The position numbers and the translations under genes were made by a program. This document shows, one piece after another, positions 1-8,366 of a DNA stretch of 31,950 bases. Below the pieces are notes generated by a model, which had not been told where the DNA came from, ran no database searches, and saw nothing but the letters and a program-made list of their open reading frames with translations. How positions within the stretch are numbered: the stretch's first letter is position 1; every line of letters begins with the position of its first letter. Source of the DNA: a virus (Duplodnaviria > Caudoviricetes); the IMG/VR virus record IMGVR_UViG_3300012232_000037, positions 1 through 31,950 of that record; one strand, written 5' to 3'.

Positions 1-4
1 CAGG

Positions 5-46
5 CAGCAGCCACCCGGTCGAAAGGCCGGGTGGCTCGCGTAGTTG
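5..46 (+). promoter_or_regulatory. Bulged GNRA stem-loop, copy 1 (candidate cis-acting RNA element)
   Basis: CAGC-AGCCACCCGGTC-GAAA-GGCCGGGTGGCT-CGCGTA-GTTG. 12-bp stem with one G-U pair, GAAA loop, 6-nt bulge, 4-bp basal stem. Abuts the GGAGG RBS (46-50). 36/42 identical to 27048-27089 on the - strand. Confidence 0.7.
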
Positions 47-55
47 GAGGGTCGC

Positions 56-1948
56 ATGCCAGTTGTGAAGCTGAAGGCTGGCGGCTTCCTAGTTCCCTGC
101 CAGATCGAGGAGTCTGGAGAGAACTGGGAGTTGACGTTCGCCTATAATCGCGGTCTGCTCGATGAGGTGAAGAACCTCGAGGGTGCCCGCTGGAATCCCA
201 GCAAGCGCACCTGGACTGTGAAGCGCTCGATGCGCAACAAGTTCGCGCTGGGCTTCATGCTTGGCAAGCCTGTGTTCGCCGCGTACGATGCGCCTCTCCC
301 GTACGTGAAGCCGAACCGCCCCGAACCCTGCGGCCACAAGATGCACCCGAACGGCCCGTGCCCGGAGTGCGGCTGCCTCTTCTGTCTGGGTAAGCACCAG
401 ATGGTCATGCTCTCCCACGTGATCACTCGCAAGCGCTCCATCCTGGCAGGTAAGCCCGGAACTGGAAAGACGCTCGTGGCCATGGAGTTCATGGAGCTGA
501 CCGATCAGGGTGATATACCCTGGTACATCGCTCCGGACTCAGGCATCCAAGCCGTGATCGCAGACTTCCGGAAGCACAAGCTCCTCATCAAGCCCAAGCT
601 CATCACGTATGACGGGCTGAAGCGTGAGATGTCCACGTGGAAGGAAGGAACTCCTCCTCCCCGCCGTGTGATCATGGACGAGTGCTCCCGCGTGAAGGGT
701 CACAAGACCCAACGATCGGAGGCTGCGCTCTACCTCTCCCAGAACATGGAAGCCTTCTGGAAGGGCGAGGAGTTCCTGATCGAGATGTCCGGAACCCCGG
801 ACCCCAACGAGCCGGTCGACTGGTGGATGCCGTGTGAGATCGCGCGTCCCGGTTACCTGAAGGAACCTTCCTGGTACGCGGAACGCAAGCGACTGGCCGT
901 CACTGAGGAAAGGTTGGGGATGCATGGCAAGTATCCGCACCATGTGCAGTGGAAGGATGGAAGCGACTGTGTGTCCTGCAAGGAGAAGCGCACCGCCGCT
1001 GAGAACCAGCTCGAGGGGATCCGGAAGGAACTCGAGAGCATGCACAAGTTGGCGCTCGAGTCGGGCGTGCAGATGTCCGAGGAGAAGAAGCGTGAGGTAG
1101 AGGAACTGATCAACGTCAACAAGCGTGGTCAGATGGAACAGATGCTGATGAAGGAGTTCGACTCCGAGAACTGCGACTACTGCAAGGGAACTGGCAAGGT
1201 CGCGGACGAGGTCGGTCTCCTTTCGAAGCGGCTAGACGGCCTCGTCCTGAAGGTCGAGAAGCCGGATCTTCCCGCGAAGATCTACCGCAGGATCCAGTGC
1301 GACGTACCGCCGGACCTGATCCGCGCTGCCGAGATGATCGCGATGAACTCGGAGAACGCGCTCGATGCGCTGAACCGCCTCCGCCAACTGAGCGACGGCT
1401 TCCTCTACGACAAGGAGACCCATGAGCCGAAGTACGCGGGTGGGGCGAAGGAAGCGGTTCTCCGCCAGCTCCTTGACGAGTACTCGGAGCAAGGGCGTGT
1501 CATCATCTACGCCGCGTATACCGCGTCGATCAACCGAATCAAGGCGGTCTGCGAAGAGGAAGGATGGTTGGTCTGGAAGTATGACGGTAAGTCCCTCGAG
1601 ACGTGGGATGGTCGTGACTTTCAATCTGCCTACGCAGCTTTCCAGAACCGCAAGGGTTTCCCTCCGAAGGTTGCTTACGTCGCTCACCCCAAGAAAGGGG
1701 CGATGGCACTCACTCTTACTGCCGCAGTCTGTGCGATCTTCTTCAGTAACGATTTCGAGGGCGAGAGTCGCGAGCAAGGGGAAGACCGTATTCATCGAAT
1801 TGGAATGGACATGGAACTCGGCGCGACGATCATCGACATCCTGAACCTCGGCACCGACATCCTCGTCCTCGAACGGCTGCTGACCAAGCGCCACATGTCG
1901 GGTCTCACGATCAAGCACGTCACCAGCGCGCTGAAGCAGGCGGCATAA
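56..1948 (+). CDS. SNF2-family helicase/ATPase with N-terminal HARP-like domain
   Basis: Walker A GKPGTGKT, motif II IMDECS, motif III MSGTP, motif VI QGEDRIHRIG. N-terminal FAYNRGLLDEVKNLEGARWNPSKRTW is HARP-like. Start placed at ATG 56 after GGAGG. Confidence 0.9.
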   Translation: MPVVKLKAGGFLVPCQIEESGENWELTFAYNRGLLDEVKNLEGARWNPSKRTWTVKRSMRNKFALGFMLGKPVFAAYDAPLPYVKPNRPEPCGHKMHPNGPCPECGCLFCLGKHQMVMLSHVITRKRSILAGKPGTGKTLVAMEFMELTDQGDIPWYIAPDSGIQAVIADFRKHKLLIKPKLITYDGLKREMSTWKEGTPPPRRVIMDECSRVKGHKTQRSEAALYLSQNMEAFWKGEEFLIEMSGTPDPNEPVDWWMPCEIARPGYLKEPSWYAERKRLAVTEERLGMHGKYPHHVQWKDGSDCVSCKEKRTAAENQLEGIRKELESMHKLALESGVQMSEEKKREVEELINVNKRGQMEQMLMKEFDSENCDYCKGTGKVADEVGLLSKRLDGLVLKVEKPDLPAKIYRRIQCDVPPDLIRAAEMIAMNSENALDALNRLRQLSDGFLYDKETHEPKYAGGAKEAVLRQLLDEYSEQGRVIIYAAYTASINRIKAVCEEEGWLVWKYDGKSLETWDGRDFQSAYAAFQNRKGFPPKVAYVAHPKKGAMALTLTAAVCAIFFSNDFEGESREQGEDRIHRIGMDMELGATIIDILNLGTDILVLERLLTKRHMSGLTIKHVTSALKQAA

Positions 1949-1968
1949 TGCGCCAAGGAACTACGTGA

Positions 1969-2175
1969 GTGGCGAACGTATCCTTCGGAGCGGGCGGGTC
2001 GGTGAGGCTCGTGATGCGGTGTCCAATGAAGGACTGCATCCACCGGTTCGTCCTGACGTGGTGGCCGGGCGAGAAGCAGAAGAACCTCACGGTTCCACCG
2101 TTCAAGCGCCTGAACACAGCTCTCCTCAAGAAGGTTCACGACCACATCGGGGAACACCTGGCGGAGAACACGTGA
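1969..2175 (+). CDS. Hypothetical protein (68 aa)
   Basis: Fills the gap after the helicase, AAGGA upstream, stop overlaps the next GTG start (GTGA). Cys/His residues could bind metal. Confidence 0.6.
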   Translation: MANVSFGAGGSVRLVMRCPMKDCIHRFVLTWWPGEKQKNLTVPPFKRLNTALLKKVHDHIGEHLAENT

Positions 2176-2636
2176 TCACATTCCTCCCCTCCCGAGTCTT
2201 CACCGTTTGTGCGAAGGCGCTCGACGATCAGCGGCTACTTGCCCAGGTCGGTGAGGCGCGCATCATCCTCGAGGCCATCCTCGACAAGAAACAGATCGGT
2301 CAGCCGGCCTTCGACATGTGGCGACCGTACCCCGGCCACCTGGCGATCTACGGCAAGATCATGAGCGACGAACGCCATGTTCGTTGGGGAACTCGGACCG
2401 AAGCCTTCTTCGTCCACCACATTCCCGACTGGTTCATGATCGCCGGGGAGCACTACAGCCGCCGCGAAGATCCGCCGTGGCTCGGCGATCAGCGTCTCCA
2501 CCTCTCCCATATCCGTGCTCTCTACCACAAGAACCCCACCGTCTATGCGAAGTGGGGTGACATAGTCAACAGACCCGCCACGTATTGCTGCGTAGGCTGC
2601 AACTACTGGTGGCCAACCCACGCAGGAGTCATATGA
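2172..2636 (+). CDS. Pyrimidine dimer DNA glycosylase / T4 endonuclease V-like protein (MSMEG_6728-type)
   Basis: From GTG 2172: MITFLP...LDDQRLLAQVGEARIIL...MWRPY...PPWLGDQRLHLSH...KNPTVY...YWWP, matching the family pattern TFLP, LDxxRL, MW, PPWLG, SH, WP. GGAG RBS upstream. Confidence 0.8.
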   Translation: MITFLPSRVFTVCAKALDDQRLLAQVGEARIILEAILDKKQIGQPAFDMWRPYPGHLAIYGKIMSDERHVRWGTRTEAFFVHHIPDWFMIAGEHYSRREDPPWLGDQRLHLSHIRALYHKNPTVYAKWGDIVNRPATYCCVGCNYWWPTHAGVI

Positions 2637-3205
2637 GGACCGATCTCGCTGTCAAGATGAAGCCGTACTGGGACGACAACCCGGGCAAGTTCGCGTGGCC
2701 GCCGCGCGAGAACTACTACGAGCACTACATGACGTGGTCGGCTCTCGTCCGCCCGCGTTCGTTCCTCGAGATCGGCGTGATGTACGGGTGGTCGGCGATG
2801 GCCGTCCTCGCGGGCTTCGCCGGCATCAAGCGGATGGTACTCATCGACTCGGAGCTGTACAAGATCCCGGTCGAGGAAGCCCGCCGCCGAGTGGTGGCGT
2901 TCTGCATCGACCAGGGCATCCCCGTCCTGGACATCACCGCGATGAAGTTCGACACGAACACCCTCACCGAGCTCCCGCTGGCCGGGATGTTCGACCTCGT
3001 CCACGTCGACGGTGAGCACAGCGAGTGGGCCGCGTACCACGACCTCTGCCTGGTCGCGCCCTTCGCTTCCCACTGCATCATCGTGGACGACCTCAAGCTC
3101 CCGGGCATCAAGGACGGCGCCGACCGGTTCCTCCGCGAGCACCCCGAGTGGGAGGCGCAGATCCACCGGGATCACCAGGACCACTACGTGATGTGGCGCA
3201 AGTGA
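2633..3205 (+). CDS. Class I SAM-dependent methyltransferase (Methyltransf_24-like)
   Basis: FLEIGVMYGWSA (motif I), FDLVHVDGEH, IIVDD. ATGA overlap with the upstream stop. Confidence 0.85.
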   Translation: MRTDLAVKMKPYWDDNPGKFAWPPRENYYEHYMTWSALVRPRSFLEIGVMYGWSAMAVLAGFAGIKRMVLIDSELYKIPVEEARRRVVAFCIDQGIPVLDITAMKFDTNTLTELPLAGMFDLVHVDGEHSEWAAYHDLCLVAPFASHCIIVDDLKLPGIKDGADRFLREHPEWEAQIHRDHQDHYVMWRK

Positions 3206-3588
3206 GCGAACATCACCATCTGTATGGTCGCGACGCTTGCCCGCACGAGGACTGCGTCAGCAAGTTCAGTCGACCGATGATCAAGGTCCTGCCTCCGCGA
3301 CGGAGCGGTAGGACCTTCCGCATGCTGGACGAAGCCGACCGACTCGCGAAAGCGGGTAAGGCGGTCTACGTGATCTTCGCCACCAAAGATCAGGGCGAGG
3401 TCTTCCGTACACCGTGGCGCGATGAGAACGGCATCAAGTTCGAGACGTTCGACTCGCTGCGGAACTTCAACCCACGGACGTTCCAACTCCAGGGGTCTAA
3501 GAATTGCGAGGTCCTCATCGATCACCACGCGATCGAGCAGCACTTCGGGAAGCTCATTGCTGAGATGCACAGGTGGGACTACCAATGA
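3202..3588 (+). CDS. Hypothetical protein with degenerate P-loop-like motif
   Basis: GTGA-coupled start. PRRSGRT followed by a helix and VYVIF strand, later VLIDH (Walker B-like). Confidence 0.6.
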   Translation: MSEHHHLYGRDACPHEDCVSKFSRPMIKVLPPRRSGRTFRMLDEADRLAKAGKAVYVIFATKDQGEVFRTPWRDENGIKFETFDSLRNFNPRTFQLQGSKNCEVLIDHHAIEQHFGKLIAEMHRWDYQ

Positions 3589-3854
3589 AGGAGAGGGACA
3601 TCCCTGAGGTGATGAAGCTCATCGAGAAGCGGGACAAGATCAACATCGTCCTGCGCGATCTCGAGGAGTCGGACACCTGGTTCCTCTCCTACTCCAAGGG
3701 CCAGGTTCCTGGCCACGTCAACTGCGAGGCTATCCGGTTCATGCGATCGGATAGCCACCCGCTGTTCCACCAGATGCGGGACATGGCCAGCAAGTACTGG
3801 CTCGAGCAGTACCGCATCGTCAAGGACCGTCTGACGGAGCTCGGCCTCAAATGA
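3585..3854 (+). CDS. Hypothetical protein
   Basis: ATGA-coupled at both ends, with codon usage like neighbouring genes. Confidence 0.7.
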   Translation: MKERDIPEVMKLIEKRDKINIVLRDLEESDTWFLSYSKGQVPGHVNCEAIRFMRSDSHPLFHQMRDMASKYWLEQYRIVKDRLTELGLK

Positions 3855-4147
3855 GCAACTACATCGACGTCGAAGGGATGCGCTCCGCCGCATCCCGGAT
3901 GTGCTCAGCCGCCGAGGGCATGAAGACCGCCGCCGGCTGGATGGGCGAGTACGTCCTCACCTACAAGCGAACGGTGGAGGAACAGACCGAAGAACGGCAA
4001 CGAGCTCTCGATCGAGAGGTCCAACTGCTCGCTTGTCGGACCGAGCTCGAGATGATGATCGCGCACGACGCTGGTCTCGAGGGTCAGGCCGGCCGCTACG
4101 CCGAGTCCGCGTATGACGATCTGCGCAAGAGGATTGCAGCACTATGA
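3851..4147 (+). CDS. Hypothetical helical protein
   Basis: ATGA-coupled at both ends. Confidence 0.7.
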   Translation: MSNYIDVEGMRSAASRMCSAAEGMKTAAGWMGEYVLTYKRTVEEQTEERQRALDREVQLLACRTELEMMIAHDAGLEGQAGRYAESAYDDLRKRIAAL

Positions 4148-4410
4148 GTAACGAGTTCAAGACCTACAACGTGCTCGCGTCTCCCGACATCGGGATCGTT
4201 CTCATCTGCACAGTGTGCAATGAGAAGCTATCGGTCACGATGGAGGCGCTCGCCTACAACCACATGGTCGGCGTCCACAAGTGGCTGGAGGATCACCGTG
4301 ACCATTGGATCTCCACGCCGGGTGGGACCATCGTAAGGAAGACGCCATGTAGTCACGGCGGTGTTTTCCGCGGTGAGAAGTGTCCTAAGTGTGGGGTGGA
4401 TGTGAGATGA
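4144..4410 (+). CDS. Hypothetical protein, probable Zn-binding
   Basis: CTVC...H...H and CSH...CPKC motifs. ATGA-coupled. Confidence 0.65.
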   Translation: MSNEFKTYNVLASPDIGIVLICTVCNEKLSVTMEALAYNHMVGVHKWLEDHRDHWISTPGGTIVRKTPCSHGGVFRGEKCPKCGVDVR

Positions 4411-4652
4411 GTGATCCTGACAGGGACCGACGCATCGCTGAGCACGCAGCTCGCGTTGCTGTTCCAGCCGCTGCAGAGCGCGAACCCGAGGATCTCAAGA
4501 AGGGAGACGTGGTCCAGTTGGTGAGCGGTGGCCCGTTAATGTCGGTAAACAAGAAGACCGTGAAGTTCGTCACGTGCCAATGGTTCAACCGACGCGGTGT
4601 CTTGGATACCGCGAAGTTCCCAATTGAGATGGTGAGGTTGGTCACACCGTGA
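4407..4652 (+). CDS. YodC/DUF2158-like small protein
   Basis: LKKGDVVQLVSGGPLMSV...VTCQWF matches the family signature GDVVxLxSGGPxMxV...CxWF. Confidence 0.8.
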   Translation: MSDPDRDRRIAEHAARVAVPAAAEREPEDLKKGDVVQLVSGGPLMSVNKKTVKFVTCQWFNRRGVLDTAKFPIEMVRLVTP

Positions 4653-6832
4653 GGTTCCTCGACTCCGAGACCGCTGGGTTCGTAGGACCCGCCGTAATCT
4701 GGCAGCACGCGATCGACAACGACCCGATCCAGATCCACCACGTGTGGCGACGGCCGGTTCGTGAGACCCTGCAACTGCTGGAGGACTTCACCAACTCGGA
4801 GATCTGCGGCTTCAACCTGACGTTCGACTGGTTCATGGCGAACAAGGACTACAATGTCTTCCGACACTTCAAGGATCTCAGCGATCCTCCGACAGTGGCA
4901 GAGTGGCGAGCCAATGAACTCCGCGGCTCCCGAGAAGCTCTCTGTCTCAAGCCCGCCTCAGCTCTTGACCTCTACCTGCACGCACTTCGCGGGCCCATGC
5001 AGGTGCTTATGGACCGAGATCCCATTGCTATACGCCGTGTACCTAAGCTACTCGCCCCTCTTCTCTGCGAAGAGCTTGCGCGCCTTGTCTCGCTCGATAA
5101 GATCCACTTCAAGTACGGCAAAGACTGGTACGTGGACGACAAGAAGGACCCCGACTTTCCAGACATTGTACTGGCCTTCGGAGCCACCGCCGCTCTGAAG
5201 CCGCTGATCCAACACATCTTCGGTATCGAGACCATCGACTTCCCGCTCCCCGACGAACTCAAGACTACGGACGACAAGAAGACGCAGTACTTCCCCTGGT
5301 CCGCCAAGCGTCAGTGGCCGGAGAAACTTCCCGGCTTGATCGACTACTGGTACACCAACAAGAAGGCGCAAGAGTATGCCACAGAAGACGTCGAACACCT
5401 CCGGCGACTGTGGTTCCACTGGGGACGACCACCAGCCGGAGACGACGACTCCATCCTGGCTTGCCAAGTTGCTGCAACACGGTGGCGAGGCTTCAACCTT
5501 GATCGAGACCGAGCCCTCGCTCTCTACAAGTCCCAGATTGACCTGGCTCGAAGTGCTGTACGCTCTCCAACGCAGGTCAAGGCCGGGCTCATGCCCCTTC
5601 TGTCTGACGTCGAGAAACTGGTCGTCCAAGATACAAAGGCAGAGACACTTGAGCAGGTTGTGCATTGGAACAATGACGGATCGCACACGGGATCTCTGGA
5701 TGATGGTACTGCAATCGTGGGAGACCATCGAGCTGCGCAATTCGCTGCAGGAGTCATTGCTGCCCGAACTGCGGAGAAGCGAGCTAATCTTGCCGGTAAG
5801 CTATGGCGAGTTGGCAGCTTTCATCCGGACTTCAAAGTCCTTGGGGCTAAATCCGCTCGGATGTCTGGAGCTGGTGGCCTCAATGCACATGGCATTGATA
5901 ACTGGGGACCCATGCGGGCCGTCTTTCTATATGGTTTCCCAGGTGAAGACTTCTCCGGTGGAGACTTCGACTCCTTCGAACCCTTCATAGGAGACGCAGC
6001 CTACAATGACCCAGCACTCCGACGAGACCTCACCTCAGGCAAGAAGATCCACGGTCTCTTCGGGGAGATGGCATTCGAGCTCGACTACTCGGTCGTCGTT
6101 GCGAACAAGGCTGCTGGTAGCCTTTATGACCGCGCTAAGAAGGGGTACCTCGCCTTCTCGTATGGCGCACAGGCTGGTAAGCTCTCTACGGTTCTTGACA
6201 AACAGGAAGCGGAGATAACGCAGTTCTTCACCCGCATCTCTCAGCGTTACCCTCAGATGATGGCGTACCGAGAGAAGCGAGCGATGGAGTTCTGCTCGAT
6301 GCGGCAGCCGCATGGACTCGGTACCCGGGTGATCTGGCACAAGCCCGCAGAGTACGTGAACAGTCTACTCGGTGACCGCCGCTACTTCACGCTCGAGAAC
6401 CAGATCACTGAGGCGTTGTTCAACCTGGCGCAAGACATGCCGCCGGTTTTCGCTGATCTAGGTAAGTTCCAGGTCAAGCGGCGCGACAGGACGCAGACCG
6501 CTACCGGAGCTTGTCAGACCGCGCTCTACGCAGCCGCGTTCGGCATCCAAGGTTCGAACATGCGAGCCGCCTTGAACCACGAGATCCAGTCCACGGGCGC
6601 CAGAATCACGAAGGGTACGCAGCGCCGGGTCTGGGACATCCAACCGTGTGGCATCCACCCGTGGATCGTCCGCGTCATGCAGGTCCACGATGAACTGCTG
6701 GTCGTCCACGCTAACATCGCTCAAGCAGTTGAGGACGCGGTACAGGAAGCCGTGTCTCGCTATAGGGCAACCGTTCCGCTTCTGCGCATCTCGTGGAAGC
6801 AGAGCATGAAGGACTGGAGTGAGATGAAATGA
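4649..6832 (+). CDS. Family A DNA polymerase with 3'-5' exonuclease domain (divergent)
   Basis: ExoI FLDSET, ExoII GFNLTFD, ExoIII YATEDV. Motif 2 SARMSG, motif A DFDSFE, KIH, motif B RAKKGYLAFSYG, NHEIQSTG, motif C QVHDEL. Confidence 0.9.
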   Translation: MRFLDSETAGFVGPAVIWQHAIDNDPIQIHHVWRRPVRETLQLLEDFTNSEICGFNLTFDWFMANKDYNVFRHFKDLSDPPTVAEWRANELRGSREALCLKPASALDLYLHALRGPMQVLMDRDPIAIRRVPKLLAPLLCEELARLVSLDKIHFKYGKDWYVDDKKDPDFPDIVLAFGATAALKPLIQHIFGIETIDFPLPDELKTTDDKKTQYFPWSAKRQWPEKLPGLIDYWYTNKKAQEYATEDVEHLRRLWFHWGRPPAGDDDSILACQVAATRWRGFNLDRDRALALYKSQIDLARSAVRSPTQVKAGLMPLLSDVEKLVVQDTKAETLEQVVHWNNDGSHTGSLDDGTAIVGDHRAAQFAAGVIAARTAEKRANLAGKLWRVGSFHPDFKVLGAKSARMSGAGGLNAHGIDNWGPMRAVFLYGFPGEDFSGGDFDSFEPFIGDAAYNDPALRRDLTSGKKIHGLFGEMAFELDYSVVVANKAAGSLYDRAKKGYLAFSYGAQAGKLSTVLDKQEAEITQFFTRISQRYPQMMAYREKRAMEFCSMRQPHGLGTRVIWHKPAEYVNSLLGDRRYFTLENQITEALFNLAQDMPPVFADLGKFQVKRRDRTQTATGACQTALYAAAFGIQGSNMRAALNHEIQSTGARITKGTQRRVWDIQPCGIHPWIVRVMQVHDELLVVHANIAQAVEDAVQEAVSRYRATVPLLRISWKQSMKDWSEMK

Positions 6833-7149
6833 GCAACGGCAAGCCGCTGATCGAGGTGTTCATCGTCAGCACGGATGGCGAGAGCATGACCAAGACCACG
6901 TTCGACTTCGACATGGTCATGGGTGTCTCACCGTTCACCCACAAGATGCGTAACGCCGAGGGCAAGTTCCAGCCCGTCATGGGTTCCATGCTGATGCTGA
7001 AGAACAACCGCGAGATCTTCGTGAACAACGAGTACTCCACGCTCTGCGACCAGTGGATCAACTTGACGCACGCCTGCGTCCTGAACGACGAGTTCACCGG
7101 GACGTGCAAGTGCGGGGAGAAGTACACGATCCGGAACCGCAAGCCGTGA
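6829..7149 (+). CDS. Hypothetical protein
   Basis: ATGA-coupled to the polymerase stop. C-terminal H-x-C...C-K-C cluster. Confidence 0.7.
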   Translation: MSNGKPLIEVFIVSTDGESMTKTTFDFDMVMGVSPFTHKMRNAEGKFQPVMGSMLMLKNNREIFVNNEYSTLCDQWINLTHACVLNDEFTGTCKCGEKYTIRNRKP

Positions 7150-7433
7150 ACCGCTACCTCATCCTGCTCGAGAAGCAGTCCTACGACGGTGACACCTGCG
7201 CCCGCTGGTGCATCGCCGGGGTACGCAAGCACGAGCTGAACCACGCTGAGGCGACCTGTCAGATCAAGGGCGACCGCTTCGGCAAGACGAAGAACGGTGG
7301 ACCTGTGGCGTTCATCGCCCAGTGCCTCGTGATCTGGGAGTGCTCTGACGAACCGGACCTTCGCCCACAGACCCGGTTCATCATCGAGAAGTGGGCCAAC
7401 GGCGACTTCGTCGTAGATGCGAGCATGGAATGA
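7146..7433 (+). CDS. Hypothetical protein
   Basis: GTGA-coupled start (MNRYLILLEK...). Stop overlaps the ligase ATG. Confidence 0.65.
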   Translation: MNRYLILLEKQSYDGDTCARWCIAGVRKHELNHAEATCQIKGDRFGKTKNGGPVAFIAQCLVIWECSDEPDLRPQTRFIIEKWANGDFVVDASME

Positions 7434-8365
7434 ACTACGCACCAATGCTGGCGACCACGTTGGACTACGAGGTGGACGACGACCTGAAACCTAAGTTCAC
7501 CGAGCAGCAGTTCCAGTGGGACGCCGAGATCAAGCTCGACGGCGTTCGCGTGGTTCTCTACCTGGAGAAGAACTGCAACTACACGCGGGCGCTGACCCGT
7601 GTGAAGGGCAAGCACACCGGGGAGTACGCCGACAAGGCGACGCACCTCGCCTGGACGCGGAGCGATGGCCTCGTAGAGGGGACCACCGTGATCGACGGCG
7701 AGGTCACGTGGGGCAAGAACTCGCGGACCACGATGGAGATCCTCGGCTGCCACACCGCTGAGTCACTCAAGCGTCAGATCGCTACCGAGCCGCTGAAGTT
7801 CACCGCGTTCGATCTGCTGATGAACAACGGCAGGGACACGCGCTACCTGACCTTCGAGAGGCGACGGCAGACCCTGCAGCTCGTCATGTTCGGCTTCATG
7901 GAGAAGTACAAGGACGAGGTGGACATGGTGTTCCCCGGTCCTGCGCGCATTCTGTGGACGCAACCGTGGGCTCGCGAAGGTTTGATGCTCAAGGAGCCGA
8001 ACCACTACTACCAGGACGGCAAGCGATCCAAGTCCTGGCTGAAGGTCAAGCGGTTCAAGAAGTATATCGCGGTGGTCACCGGCTACAACGCCGGCAAGGA
8101 AGGCAAGACGGGTCAGATGCTGGGAAAGATGGGGAGTCTCTGGCTCGGCATGCTTGACAGTAGAGGAATTCTGAAGCCGGTCGGAGCCGCTGGTACGGGC
8201 TTCGGCATGAGCGAACGTAGTCCCCTCGCTTGGCCAGTACATACCGTCGTTGAGGTTGCCTCATCCGACGTAACCGAGGATGGAAAGCTGTGGCATCCCC
8301 GGTTCCTGAAGCGGCGTCCCGATCTGAGAGTCGAGGACGCACTACTGTCACAGCTGGAGGTCTGA
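7430..8365 (+). CDS. ATP-dependent DNA ligase
   Basis: Motif I EIKLDGVR (KxDG), III VIDGEV, IIIa AFDLL, IV EGLMLK, V WLKVK, OB-fold GTGF and LWHPRF (VI). Confidence 0.95.
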   Translation: MNYAPMLATTLDYEVDDDLKPKFTEQQFQWDAEIKLDGVRVVLYLEKNCNYTRALTRVKGKHTGEYADKATHLAWTRSDGLVEGTTVIDGEVTWGKNSRTTMEILGCHTAESLKRQIATEPLKFTAFDLLMNNGRDTRYLTFERRRQTLQLVMFGFMEKYKDEVDMVFPGPARILWTQPWAREGLMLKEPNHYYQDGKRSKSWLKVKRFKKYIAVVTGYNAGKEGKTGQMLGKMGSLWLGMLDSRGILKPVGAAGTGFGMSERSPLAWPVHTVVEVASSDVTEDGKLWHPRFLKRRPDLRVEDALLSQLEV

Positions 8366-8366
8366 C

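Noticed and set aside
4649-6832. Polymerase as DpoZ, implying a 2-aminoadenine genome
   Set aside because: No PurZ, DatZ or MazZ-like gene in the window, and the motif changes alone do not identify DpoZ.
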